A stretch of DNA of 59,997 bases, counting the filler. It is 4 parts of 4 records of this genome, joined end to end, with 100 filler letters (N's around TTAATTAATTAA, not from the genome) between each part and the next. Parts side by side here need not be neighbours in the genome. Positions count along the whole stretch, not along the records: positions 38,331 to 59,997 come from SRR31156797_20821; 3 more parts are not named here. One strand, written 5' to 3'. Below the pieces are notes generated by a model. That model made no database searches. It saw only the letters and a program-made list of their open reading frames with translations, and was not told the DNA's origin. Below, one piece after another: positions 40,113 to 50,404 of this stretch. The translations under genes and the position numbers were made by a program. How positions within the stretch are numbered: the first letter of the stretch is position 1; the number at the start of each line of letters is the position of its first letter.

Positions 40113-40675
40113 GTTAAATAAACGCTTAATAGACTAGAGCTACTAGAGTCGTGTAGGTAATTTCATGTACATGTTCTAGGTAAATCTTACCAAATCATAC
40201 GGTACTTGCCCCTATTATAAATCTTATCTCATAATGCTATTTTAATATATAAATACCCTTCTACCACACGTGGGTATACTCCAACTAATGGCGAAAGTGT
40301 AGAATCCTCGTTTTTATGGTTTCGCCTTTTTTATGAAAGGGGGGATTAAATCTGCTGGCAGCCTTTTTTATTACATATAAAGAATGGAAGAAAATGTCTG
40401 ATATGCTATCTGATATTTTTAAACAATATATAGCATTTCTTGACATTGGCAGATATAGGAATTCTTACATTAGGTTTAAGGAATGGGACCTCTTTATCTA
40501 GTGAAATTAATCCTACTCCCTAGGATAGGGGGAGTGAGTTATCTCCGTCCCCCTACCCTATATGTTTTAAGAAGATGATAAGGAAATGTTTGTGACTACA
40601 ACGTCCATATGAGCGTATTACAACCATGATGATGTCCATCAGTACACATATAGTCCGTTTCTAGCCTAATGAGCT

Positions 40676-40843
40676 TTTCCAAATGTGATATTTACATCTT
40701 ATTTTACGACTAAAGGGAAGAATGGCACCGGGCTCGACTTAGCTATTACTAAAGAGATTGTTGAGAATATGATTACAGGAGTTTGTTTTACTATCATTTT
40801 CGACAATGTATCTGAGGTGTCGCAGATAGTGAATGCAATATAA
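40676..40843 (+). pseudogene. Histidine kinase HATPase_c remnant
   Basis: IFTSYFTTKGKNGTGLDLAITKEIVENM..GVCFTIIF; degenerate F and G2 boxes; no start codon. Confidence 0.7.
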
Positions 40844-40858
40844 ATTAAGGAGGAAGAG

Positions 40859-41197
40859 ATGAAGTGTAGAGAACTCTGGGGGAGGTATCTGGATCATTTA
40901 AGTGTTAATGCAGCATATGATTTTATATTGAGCTGTAAGGTATGCCTACCTCTGATAGTGCTTGTTTGCAGTGTTGTATTTTATATAAAGTATTTGCCAG
41001 AAATGGGTGTAACAAGCACTGTATCTAGAGGTTTTTTCAGTGTGATACTTGGTGTTGGTATGTCAGTTTTTACTATGCCGTTACTTATTATCGGTATAGT
41101 TGCTGTTGGTATGCTCATCAGGTTCGTGAGAGATGTTAAAAACGGTACATGTTTTTTATGCACATGGTTTAAAAGTAAGCGAGACATATCCAGCTAG
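40859..41197 (+). CDS. Small membrane protein
   Basis: AAGGAGG RBS; two hydrophobic segments. Confidence 0.55.
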   Translation: MKCRELWGRYLDHLSVNAAYDFILSCKVCLPLIVLVCSVVFYIKYLPEMGVTSTVSRGFFSVILGVGMSVFTMPLLIIGIVAVGMLIRFVRDVKNGTCFLCTWFKSKRDISS

Positions 41198-41600
41198 TAC
41201 TCTCAACTTTCCCAGCACCTCTTTTAAGGTCTGTGAAACAAGTCATAGGTTTTAAAATGGAGTAATAATAAACTGAGATAAGAGTGTGTATTGTGAATAA
41301 GTAAATTGTTACATTTTCCATTAGCATATTATTAAAAGTAATGATAGGATTTTGTCTCGTTATCATTATGTGTTATATATATGCTGAAGTTCTAATAGAA
41401 ACTCACAGAAGTTCGTGTCAACAATTTCAAAATATAAGCTGAATAGTGGTATGGCATTTTTAGTTTATTTATTTCAGATGCAAATGCTGTATATTCTGAT
41501 TCAAGACCATCTCTGGTTAAGCCTCCTAGTATAATACACAGGCTTGCATCACTGTGATGCCTGTTGGCGTGAGAAATGGCTTGAGACAGCTTGGACTTAG

Positions 41601-42020
41601 CCTGTTCGTTTTTATCAGGCTGCGCTGGGGGCAGGAGCCTTCTGCAATGATGGAAAGATCGAAGTGAGCACGCAGTCAGCTCCGGAAAAGAGCCTTTTTA
41701 ACCTTGGCTATTCTCTTAGGAAACCTACACATTTACACACTGATATGGTGAATTATTTATTACAGCATAAAATTGCTTACAGGATGATTGGTTCAGGAAC
41801 CCTTGGGCTGGTTGAGATCGCCTGCGTCAGAGCGGAAGGTTTCCATGAGGCTCACCTCAATAGCTGGGATGCCCTTGCTGGGCTTTTATTAATTCAGGAA
41901 GCCGGAGGCATCTGTACGCCTTTTACGTCTCCGGATTTCGTTTTATACGAAGGGAGGGTTACTGTTGTAAATAGTGTGATGTCAGAGTGGATTTCCCTTA
42001 TCGGCGAGATGTCCGATTAA
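41601..42020 (+). pseudogene. Inositol monophosphatase family, 5'-truncated
   Basis: AALGAGAFCN, RMIGSGTL, WDALAGLLLIQEAGG; N-terminal DPIDGT half missing; upstream in-frame TAG. Confidence 0.75.
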
Positions 42021-42024
42021 ATTT

Positions 42025-42288
42025 TTACTTATATCTTAATTTCATTGATAGGATTATGAAACTGAGTGTGAATGTCACCGCATTTGCGATAATAACAGGA
42101 AAATCTTTTATCAGTAAACCGTATATCAGCCAGAGAAATGTGCCTAGAGAAAATATTATATACATGGTCAGCGAAATATCCCTTGTCCGCTTTGTGCTGA
42201 TGATTCTTATCGCTTGTGGAAGAAAAGCCGCTGTAGTGCATATTGCTGCGGTCAAACCTATCAGAGAGACTAGCTTAATTTCAATCAT
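42025..42288 (-). CDS. SemiSWEET / PQ-loop sugar transporter
   Basis: TTAAFLPQ, TRDISL.MY, LWLIYG, PVIIAN. Confidence 0.9.
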   Translation of the reverse strand: MIEIKLVSLIGLTAAICTTAAFLPQAIRIISTKRTRDISLTMYIIFSLGTFLWLIYGLLIKDFPVIIANAVTFTLSFIILSMKLRYK

Positions 42289-42443
42289 TCTATATCTCCG
42301 TTTCTGAGTTATCCGGGCTAATGTCTAATCGTTATTATAACCTCAACAGCTTGTCAGTAGAATAAAATATTGGGATGTAGCTATAAATGAAAAATTTGGT
42401 TCTATTTTTATTTAAACTTACCGATAAAAATCAATTTTAATTA

Positions 42444-42478
42444 TTGACAAATGTTTATTAATAACGATAATCAATATC
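42444..42478 (+). promoter_or_regulatory. Sigma70 promoter overlapped by a Fur-box-like site
   Basis: TTGACA (42444) with GATAAT (42466); AATAACGATAATCAATATC matches 16/19 of GATAATGATAATCATTATC. Confidence 0.65.
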
Positions 42479-42568
42479 AAATACCGTTTCAGAGGATCCA
42501 GAATCCCTAAATCTTAGTTTGAGACTTATTTATGATTTTAAACGGATTAATGATTTTGGAGGACGCTG

Positions 42569-43516
42569 ATGCGTATTATTTTGTCAATTGTTGCCATCCT
42601 TTCTATGATTGTTTCTACAGCTTTTGCTGAGCCAGTTAAGCCTTTAGGTCCGCTATACGGTTCCACCGGGACAGTTTTCAAGCCGGGGCAGTTTGCCACT
42701 ATTTTCAAATATGAATCCTTTGAGCAGGAGAATTATTACGATGATAATGACAAGAAGGACTACGACAGCTCGGAAATAAATGGTGCAACTAAAAAGCAGG
42801 TAACTAAATATAAAACTACTTTCAGATACGGTGTTATGCCTAGGTTTGACATACGTTTTGTAGCGAATATTGTTGAGAAAGAGCTAGACCGTCACTCGGC
42901 GAAAAAAACACCCGCCGGTGTTAAACATATCTATCTGAGTGATGATAATTCAGGTTTTGCGGATTCACTCATTATGGGGCGTTATCAGCTTATGTCACAG
43001 AAAGCCGGCGCACCTTTCTTCCTCGCTTTTGGGGCGGGTGTGAAGATACCTACCGGCTCCACTAATGCTAAGGACAGCAACGATAAGCTTGCACCTGTTT
43101 TTCTTCAGAACGGAACAGGCTCTTGGGACCCTAAGCTTGAGCTTGGCTTATCAAAAGTGATGAACAGATTCCGTCTGGACAACCATGTAATGTATACCTT
43201 TAACAGAGAGGGTAAGCAGGATACTAAAAAGGGGAACTGCTTCAGATATAATGTTTCCGGTTCATACGCTGTAAGTAGAATTATCGATCTACAGCTTGAA
43301 CTTTTTGGTAAATTTCAGGAAAAGACTGAGATTGATGGAGCCGAAGTTGATAACACAGGTTTCCAGAAGCATTACATCATTCCAGGTATAAAATTTAAAT
43401 TCGGAAATAAGGCACACTTTGGTGTCTCTGTACCTTATGTTTACCATCGTAAGACAAATGGCGAGCAGCTTATGGAAGAGAAAATCATAGCTGCAAAGCT
43501 TGCACTCTTCTTTTAG
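42569..43516 (+). CDS. Outer-membrane beta-barrel transporter (MetA-pathway/SphA-like)
   Basis: Signal peptide; SGFADS, GVKIPTGS, GTGSWD; C-terminal Phe. Confidence 0.7.
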   Translation: MRIILSIVAILSMIVSTAFAEPVKPLGPLYGSTGTVFKPGQFATIFKYESFEQENYYDDNDKKDYDSSEINGATKKQVTKYKTTFRYGVMPRFDIRFVANIVEKELDRHSAKKTPAGVKHIYLSDDNSGFADSLIMGRYQLMSQKAGAPFFLAFGAGVKIPTGSTNAKDSNDKLAPVFLQNGTGSWDPKLELGLSKVMNRFRLDNHVMYTFNREGKQDTKKGNCFRYNVSGSYAVSRIIDLQLELFGKFQEKTEIDGAEVDNTGFQKHYIIPGIKFKFGNKAHFGVSVPYVYHRKTNGEQLMEEKIIAAKLALFF

Positions 43517-43525
43517 GGAGCTGAT

Positions 43526-44419
43526 ATGAGATTATTACTACTGTTCACTATAATTTTATTTAGTGTAAACAGTTTTGCATACGACATTTCGCTATCCTAC
43601 TCTCCTGTGACAACAGCTCTTTTGAAAGCTTCAAAGGAGAGCGGGGCTTCTGTATCTTTTCATCAGAAGGCTGGGGATGCACTTGTCAAGCTGGTGAAAA
43701 AGCAGGTCGATATGGCTGTTGTTCCTCTCTTTTTGGCAGCAAAGCTCAAAAATGACGGTGAAGATATTTCAGTTATAAATACTATTTTTGGAGATATGCT
43801 GTTCATTTTAAATAACGACGGTAAGGTGAATAACCTACAGGATCTTTCCGGCAGAAAGCTGTATATAGGAAAGGGGAACGGTCCTCTGAATTTGTTTCCT
43901 AAAGTGCTTATCGAAAAAGCAGGGCTAGGGGGCAAGGTTGAGCTTGTCGGCTCCACAGCGACACAGATAGCACAGCTTGCAGCTTCCGGTAAAGCAAGGG
44001 CATCCGTTCTCAGAGAGCCGCTTGTAACTATGGTTATGTCTAAAAATGAATATCTTAAAAAGTCTATTAACTTCCAGACAGAGTGGAGCAAACACTTTGG
44101 AGGGAGGTTCATTCAGGCTGCTCTTGTTGTCAGGAGTGATTTTGCTGAATCTAATCCAGATGTTATCGCTGATTTTCAAAAGAGACTCGCTGCTGCTGAT
44201 GAGTGGGTTAGAGATGAGCCTGCAAGCGCCGCACAATTCTTTGTGAAAGAGAGCGGAAGGGGTAAGGCCAAACTGATTGAAAAATCTATTAAATCTATGA
44301 AGCCGAGGGTTGAAAGACCTGATAAGAAAGAGGTTATGGATTTCATCGCATTACTGCTTAAATATTTTGGCAAGCATGTCGGTGGGAAGATGCCGAACGA
44401 TGACTTTGTAATCGAATAG
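43526..44419 (+). CDS. ABC substrate-binding protein (SsuA/TauA/NMT1-like)
   Basis: Signal peptide; LQDLSGRKL, LREP, LVVRSDFAESNPD. Confidence 0.8.
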   Translation: MRLLLLFTIILFSVNSFAYDISLSYSPVTTALLKASKESGASVSFHQKAGDALVKLVKKQVDMAVVPLFLAAKLKNDGEDISVINTIFGDMLFILNNDGKVNNLQDLSGRKLYIGKGNGPLNLFPKVLIEKAGLGGKVELVGSTATQIAQLAASGKARASVLREPLVTMVMSKNEYLKKSINFQTEWSKHFGGRFIQAALVVRSDFAESNPDVIADFQKRLAAADEWVRDEPASAAQFFVKESGRGKAKLIEKSIKSMKPRVERPDKKEVMDFIALLLKYFGKHVGGKMPNDDFVIE

Positions 44420-44427
44420 CCTCATTT

Positions 44428-45159
44428 ATGAAATATACGATCTTTTCTGTAATTTTGCTTATTCTGGCATGGAAGGTGGCAGGTTTTTTTACGCCTGCCA
44501 TTATCCTGCCGCCGCCAGAAACCGTGCTCGCTTCTATCTGGGAGCAGACAATTGACGGCACTCTGCTTAAATCATTAGCTCTGACAGGCGGGCGTGTGGT
44601 TATAGGTTTTACGGCAGGTCTGCTGATAGGAACCAGCTCAGGCTTTCTTGCGGGTATTAACGAGAAATTCTACAGGCTCACAAAGCCTTATATCGCAATG
44701 ATGCAGTCTGTACCTAGGTTGTCGTGGATACTTATTGCAACATTCTGGTTTGGGCTCACCCCAACTGTTGTGATATTTCTGGTTACGATCACTGTGATTC
44801 CGTACTTTTATGTAAATGTCTCAGAATCAGTTAGATACACGGATAAACAGATGCTTGAGGTTGCTAAAATATATAGCATCAGACCTTTCGACAGGTTTAC
44901 GGATATTTACCTCCCTGCCGCCATGGGACCTATAATGACAGCATCATCTATGGCTCTCTCTATAAGCTGGAAAGCCGTTATTATGGCAGAGCTTTTGAGT
45001 GTTCCTGATGGGTTGGGGGCAGAGATGTCTATAGCTCAGAGCAATATTGATATGCCGGGGATTCTCGCATACACCATCGTCGTTGCTGTGATGGCTTGGG
45101 TGAGTAATACAATTCTGACTAATAGCTTTGATAAGTATTTTGAAAGGTGGAAGGGGTAG
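44428..45159 (+). CDS. ABC permease (SsuC/TauC-like)
   Basis: LPPPETV, SWKAVIMAELL..DGLG. Confidence 0.88.
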   Translation: MKYTIFSVILLILAWKVAGFFTPAIILPPPETVLASIWEQTIDGTLLKSLALTGGRVVIGFTAGLLIGTSSGFLAGINEKFYRLTKPYIAMMQSVPRLSWILIATFWFGLTPTVVIFLVTITVIPYFYVNVSESVRYTDKQMLEVAKIYSIRPFDRFTDIYLPAAMGPIMTASSMALSISWKAVIMAELLSVPDGLGAEMSIAQSNIDMPGILAYTIVVAVMAWVSNTILTNSFDKYFERWKG

Positions 45160-45854
45160 TGCTGAAAAGTTTAACTTTCTCATACGACAGCTTGGTTTAT
45201 GAAGATATTTCTATGGATACGGCTCAGGGGATAACAGCCATCGCAGGTCAGTCGGGCTGTGGTAAAACAACACTCCTGCGTACTATTGCGGGGCTGATCA
45301 CACCTGATTCCGGAAGTGTCGGCACTGTTGGTAAGGTTGGGATGGTGTTTCAGGAGCCGAGGCTCTTCCCTTGGTTTACGGTGGAGAGAAACCTAAAGTC
45401 AGTTCTGAAATCTTTGCATTTATCAAAAGCTGAAATGGATAAAAGGATAGATTCAGCACTTAAGACAGTCGGTTTAGAAGAATATAAAAAACATTTCCCA
45501 TCAGAGCTTTCAGGCGGGATGAAGATGCGTGTCTCAATCGCCAGAGCTTTGGTTTACGAATCGGAGACTCTTCTCCTTGATGAACCTTTCAACGGGCTTG
45601 ATGTATCTTCTAAAAAGAATATTATCCAGCTTCTTAGAAGTCTTGCCGAAGATGGTCTGAGGATGGTTTTTGTGAGTCATATACCGGAGGATATTATAGA
45701 TATCGCAGATATGATTTATATCTTATCCCCGAGACCAGCAAGAGTTATCGACAGTTTTGAAAACACTCTGCTTAAAAGCAAAAGGTATAAAAGACAGCAG
45801 AGGGAAATAATGATAAACCGTATAAAGTCAAGTCTGGGCGTTAGTAGTTACTAA
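45147..45854 (+). CDS. ABC ATP-binding protein (SsuB/TauB-like)
   Basis: GQSGCGKT, LSGGMK, LLLDEPF. Confidence 0.92.
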   Translation: MEGVVLKSLTFSYDSLVYEDISMDTAQGITAIAGQSGCGKTTLLRTIAGLITPDSGSVGTVGKVGMVFQEPRLFPWFTVERNLKSVLKSLHLSKAEMDKRIDSALKTVGLEEYKKHFPSELSGGMKMRVSIARALVYESETLLLDEPFNGLDVSSKKNIIQLLRSLAEDGLRMVFVSHIPEDIIDIADMIYILSPRPARVIDSFENTLLKSKRYKRQQREIMINRIKSSLGVSSY

Positions 45855-45961
45855 GTCTCAAACAGTAAAATACTAATTAATTCAGCAATCTCCCAACTAT
45901 TCTCTGTATTTTCAAATTTTATGGTTCATAATAACTTATAAGAAAATATTGGAGATAAATT

Positions 45962-46921
45962 TTGGACTGGTCAGCAATTAATACAATAGTATCCGGTGGT
46001 AAAGCTGCTGAGATTTCGAGTGAATTAGATATTTCAGATGTTACCGGCAGTGATTACCGCTGGCTGCATTTAAACTGGAACGACGAAGATGCAAAAAACT
46101 GGTTGATGAATGACTCCGGCATGGATGAGCTGATTTGCGAACAGCTACTTGCTGACGAGACGAGACCGAGAACAACTATATACCCTGACGGACTGCTTAT
46201 TAATCTAAGAGGGGTTAATCTGAATGAAAACTCAGACCCTGAGGATATGCTATCTGTAAGGTTGTTTGTTACTGATAAAACAGTGATAACTGTCATAGTT
46301 AGAAAAGTCAAAGCTATAGATGACATCAGTAGCGAGTTGGCAAGCGGAGACGGTCCTGTTGATACGAGAGATTTCATATGCCGTATTCTCGAGCTGCTGA
46401 TTAATCGGGCAGAACCTGTTATCAACAAGCTGAGAGAAGATTCTATCGATATCGAAAATCTTATCCTTGATGATGGTGAGATTGTTAATCGTGACACTGT
46501 TGTCGAAATCAGAAGAGTTGTAGTCAATTTTCTTAGATATTTCATCCCTCAGAAGAACGCAGTTGCAAAACTTATGGTATCAAATAAGTTTTTTTCACAT
46601 GAAGATAAAGAGTATCTTGAAGTGAGCTTAAACAGCTTGAAACGCTTTTTAGAAGAGCTTGAGCTGATAAATGAACGATGCTATATGCTCAATGATGAGA
46701 TAAGAATATTAACTACTGAAAAGTTGAATAGAAATATGTATCTTTTATCTGTAATTACGGCTATATTCCTTCCTCTCGGGTTTCTGACAGGTCTATTTGG
46801 TATTAATCTTGGCGGGATCCCCGGAGCGGAATACAAGTGGGGATTCTGGTTGTTCTTTTCACTGGTTTCTGTGCTTGTGCTGATACAGCTGGTTTTACTC
46901 AGAAGGAATAAGTGGTTTTAA
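45962..46921 (+). CDS. zntB: Zinc transporter ZntB (CorA family)
   Basis: ETRPR, LRGVNLN...PEDMLSVR, GLFGIN motif plus two C-terminal TMs. Confidence 0.85.
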   Translation: MDWSAINTIVSGGKAAEISSELDISDVTGSDYRWLHLNWNDEDAKNWLMNDSGMDELICEQLLADETRPRTTIYPDGLLINLRGVNLNENSDPEDMLSVRLFVTDKTVITVIVRKVKAIDDISSELASGDGPVDTRDFICRILELLINRAEPVINKLREDSIDIENLILDDGEIVNRDTVVEIRRVVVNFLRYFIPQKNAVAKLMVSNKFFSHEDKEYLEVSLNSLKRFLEELELINERCYMLNDEIRILTTEKLNRNMYLLSVITAIFLPLGFLTGLFGINLGGIPGAEYKWGFWLFFSLVSVLVLIQLVLLRRNKWF

Positions 46922-46936
46922 TACAGGAGCACTTAC

Positions 46937-47803
46937 ATGATCTTAAATAACGATATAGTCATAAGGATACTCATTACATTAGTAGTGTTGCTTATACTGC
47001 TTGTACTTCGGTATCTATCCATATCTTTAGTTAGGAAAAAACACTACGCCAACAATGATATGAAGATGCGGGCCGTTGTATTTACCAGAAGGGTCTTCTT
47101 TCTGATTATAATTTTTTCTATAACTTTTATATGGCTTACACAGCTTAGAAATTTCGCTTTTTCGATAGCAGCGATAGCTGTTGCCGTGGTCATTGCGACT
47201 AAGGAAGTTATTTCGTGTATCATAGGCGGACTTGTTAAAAGCTATTCTCAATCTTTTAAAATTGGCGACAGAATAGATATAGGCGGTTTTAGAGGTGACG
47301 TCGTAGATATTGATATCCTCTGTACAAGCCTTCTTGAGATCGGTCCCGGGAACAGTGCACATCAATATACCGGCAGGTCGATAAGTATACCTAACAGTAT
47401 ATTTCTATCTAAACCTGTAATAAATGAAACCTATACAGATGATTATATTCTGCATGTTTTTACTATACCAATAAGCTCTACGTCAAATTGGAAAAGGGCG
47501 GAAAAGATTCTTTTGGAAGTGTCCAATCAGATAGTTGCAGACTATCTGGATGATGCGAAAAGACATATGGAGAAGTTAGGCAATAAAACCGGTATAGAAA
47601 GTCCGAGTGTAGAGCCACGTGTTTCAATAGTTGTTGCGGATATTAAGAAGTATAACCTGCTGGTCAGGGTTCCTGTACCGTCCCGAAGAAAAGGGAAAAT
47701 AGAGCAGGCTATAATCAGGCAATTTCTTGAAAACTGGAAGAATTCGAAAGATACTTCTAGGAATACTGAGGAGGCAGAGCTTAATGAAGACACTGGGGCT
47801 TAG
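46937..47803 (+). CDS. MscS-family mechanosensitive channel
   Basis: FKIGDRI, GDVVDI, IPNS. Confidence 0.85.
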   Translation: MILNNDIVIRILITLVVLLILLVLRYLSISLVRKKHYANNDMKMRAVVFTRRVFFLIIIFSITFIWLTQLRNFAFSIAAIAVAVVIATKEVISCIIGGLVKSYSQSFKIGDRIDIGGFRGDVVDIDILCTSLLEIGPGNSAHQYTGRSISIPNSIFLSKPVINETYTDDYILHVFTIPISSTSNWKRAEKILLEVSNQIVADYLDDAKRHMEKLGNKTGIESPSVEPRVSIVVADIKKYNLLVRVPVPSRRKGKIEQAIIRQFLENWKNSKDTSRNTEEAELNEDTGA

Positions 47804-48221
47804 CGATAGGCTGGATTTTCCTGAGCTTGGGCTGTCAGATATCAGCGTCAAAATTGACACAGGAGCATATACCTCTTCGATACACTGCCACGAAATTACA
47901 GATTTCGAAGAAGATGGTGTGATGAAAGTATCTTTTTGTCTCCTTGACCCTGAGCACGAAGATTATTGTAAAAATAAAATCATTAAAGATGTTTATAAAG
48001 TTAGAAAAGTGAAAAGTTCTAACGGGCAGATAGAAAAAAGATTTTCAATAAAGAGCAAGGTTAAGATTTATCGAAAACTATACTCTATTGAATTAACTTT
48101 AACTGATAGGCGTGATATGAAATTTCCTGTGTTACTGGGGCGAAAGCTACTCAGCCGGAAGTTTCTAGTAGATGTATCACAAAAGAACTTATCTTATAAT
48201 AACAATAAGGAACTAATATGA
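47784..48221 (+). CDS. RimK-associated retropepsin-like protease (RimB-like)
   Basis: [38 protein letters not shown]. Confidence 0.85.
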   Translation: MKTLGLSDRLDFPELGLSDISVKIDTGAYTSSIHCHEITDFEEDGVMKVSFCLLDPEHEDYCKNKIIKDVYKVRKVKSSNGQIEKRFSIKSKVKIYRKLYSIELTLTDRRDMKFPVLLGRKLLSRKFLVDVSQKNLSYNNNKELI

Positions 48222-49120
48222 AGATTGCAGTTTTATCAAGAAAAGAGTCGTACTATTCTACACAAAGGCTTCTGGAAGCGGGCAGAAATCGTGGGCATGA
48301 GATGGAACTAATTGATTATATTAAATCGCACATGATTATCGGTGATGGCGAGACAGATATATTTATTGGAAGTGATCAAAAGAACTATATAGACGCTGTT
48401 ATCCCTAGGATTGGTGCATCTAAGACATTTTACGGTTCGGCGGCAGTGCGTCAGTTTGAGATGAGCGGTGTTTACTCTATTAATCCGTCACTTGCCATTG
48501 TCAGAGCGAGAGATAAGCTGAGGAGCCTTCAGATTCTTTCCAAGCATAAAGTAAGAATTCCAAAGACAGCTTTTGCATGTACACCGGAGAGCGTTAATTC
48601 GATCATATCCAGCGTTGGCGGGCCTCCTGTTATCATAAAACTGCTGGAAGGAACACAGGGGATAGGTGTTGTATTAGCTGAGACACAAAAGGCTGCGAAG
48701 TCTGTAGTTGAGGCTTTTTACGGTTTAAAAACAAATATACTCCTGCAGGAATTTATAAAAGAAGCTAAGTCATGTGACATCAGGACAATCGTTATAGGTA
48801 ATAAGGTTGTTGCCTCTATGATGCGCCGGGGTGACGAATCTGATTTCAGGTCAAATCTGCACAGAGGCGGTGTCGGTGAAAAGATTACACTTACAAAAGA
48901 GGAGAGAGCTACAGCCATTGCAGCCGCTAAGGCTATGAATCTCCCTTTCTGCGGAGTAGACATGCTCAGGTCTGATTCTGGACCTATGGTTCTTGAGGTA
49001 AACTCATCCCCCGGACTTGAGGGTATCGAAAAGACTACCGGTGTTGATGTAGCAGATAAAGTTATTGAATTTATAGAATCTGACATACTTAAAAATAAGA
49101 AAGACAAGGTTGGAGCCTAG
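48218..49120 (+). CDS. rimK: RimK ATP-grasp alpha-L-glutamate ligase
   Basis: [46 protein letters not shown]. Confidence 0.93.
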   Translation: MKIAVLSRKESYYSTQRLLEAGRNRGHEMELIDYIKSHMIIGDGETDIFIGSDQKNYIDAVIPRIGASKTFYGSAAVRQFEMSGVYSINPSLAIVRARDKLRSLQILSKHKVRIPKTAFACTPESVNSIISSVGGPPVIIKLLEGTQGIGVVLAETQKAAKSVVEAFYGLKTNILLQEFIKEAKSCDIRTIVIGNKVVASMMRRGDESDFRSNLHRGGVGEKITLTKEERATAIAAAKAMNLPFCGVDMLRSDSGPMVLEVNSSPGLEGIEKTTGVDVADKVIEFIESDILKNKKDKVGA

Positions 49121-49126
49121 CCTTAC

Positions 49127-50158
49127 ATGAAAAATAGTATTTTAAATTTCAACGGAGAAGAGATACTTCCGGGCACATTTAAAACGATCGAGCTGAAGGT
49201 ATCGAAGCTATACAACCATACGGATGTTAATATCCCTGTCCATGTTCTCCATGGTAAATCAGAAGGACCGTCAGTATTTGTAACTGCGGCGATTCATGGC
49301 GATGAGATAAACGGTACAGAAATAATCAGAAGATTGATGAAGTATAAAGTTCTCAATAGGCTTAAAGGGACTTTGTATGCTGTCCCTATTGTGAATGTTT
49401 TCGGTTTTTTAGCCAGATCAAGATATATGCCTGACAGAAGGGATCTTAACAGATTATTCCCCGGTGATAAGAAGGGTTCTCTCGGCGGCAGGATAGCAAA
49501 TATATTGTCAAAAAATATCATTGACAGGTGTGATTTAGGTATTGATTTACATACAGCTTCAAACCACAGGTCGAATCTGCCTCATATCAGAGCGTGCTGT
49601 GTGAATGAAGAGATGAAAGAGATAGCTAAGTCATTCGGGGCTCCGATTGTTGTGAATACTGATACAAGAGACGGCTCTCTCAGAGCTTACGCAGCGGAAC
49701 AAGAGATTCCTATACTTTTATATGAAGCAGGCGAGGCTTTACGTTTTGATGAAGCATCTATTCAGTTGGGCGTAAAGGGCGTTATTTCTGTTATGAGGCA
49801 TATAGGTATGTTGCCAAAGCTCTCTAACAGAAGAGCAACTGCCAAAGAGACACTCTTTATAGAGAGAACAACATGGGTAAGGTCGCCCTCCAGCGGAACT
49901 ATTTCGAGAAAGCTCAAGATTGGCAGCTCTGTTGTCAAAGGAGATTCATTAGCCGTTGTTGTTGATCCTTTTTCGGATTACGAAGAGGTTATTGTATCGC
50001 CTGTCGAGGGAGTTATTATAGGTTGTTCAAACCTTCCGCTCATACATGAAGGAGAAGCACTCTTTCATATCGCCCTCACAGAGAAGAGCAAGGATACGAT
50101 GGAAATTATCGAGGAGAGCCTTTCGGTGGAAGATTTTGATCTGCCCAACGGGAACTAG
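49127..50158 (+). CDS. Succinylglutamate desuccinylase/aspartoacylase family (M14-like)
   Basis: AAIHGDEING, DLNRLFPG, DLHT, YEAGE. Confidence 0.9.
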   Translation: MKNSILNFNGEEILPGTFKTIELKVSKLYNHTDVNIPVHVLHGKSEGPSVFVTAAIHGDEINGTEIIRRLMKYKVLNRLKGTLYAVPIVNVFGFLARSRYMPDRRDLNRLFPGDKKGSLGGRIANILSKNIIDRCDLGIDLHTASNHRSNLPHIRACCVNEEMKEIAKSFGAPIVVNTDTRDGSLRAYAAEQEIPILLYEAGEALRFDEASIQLGVKGVISVMRHIGMLPKLSNRRATAKETLFIERTTWVRSPSSGTISRKLKIGSSVVKGDSLAVVVDPFSDYEEVIVSPVEGVIIGCSNLPLIHEGEALFHIALTEKSKDTMEIIEESLSVEDFDLPNGN

Positions 50159-50404
50159 TAACTACATCGTTTTTAGCACATAACTCTGCACATAGGCTTG
50201 TTTACAATCTTTACAATAAAATGATTATAGACATATGTTCCTTATAATATTCTGAATTTTGTACTTATATCGAAACAGTTTTAATCGTCAGTTCAGCAAT
50301 ACCCATTAATAGTGTTATAATTTAATATGCAACACTTAATACCCAAATAGACACACTATTAAGTGCTTAGTGACCTTTTAGTACGCTTTTGCAAGGAGCT
50401 TATC

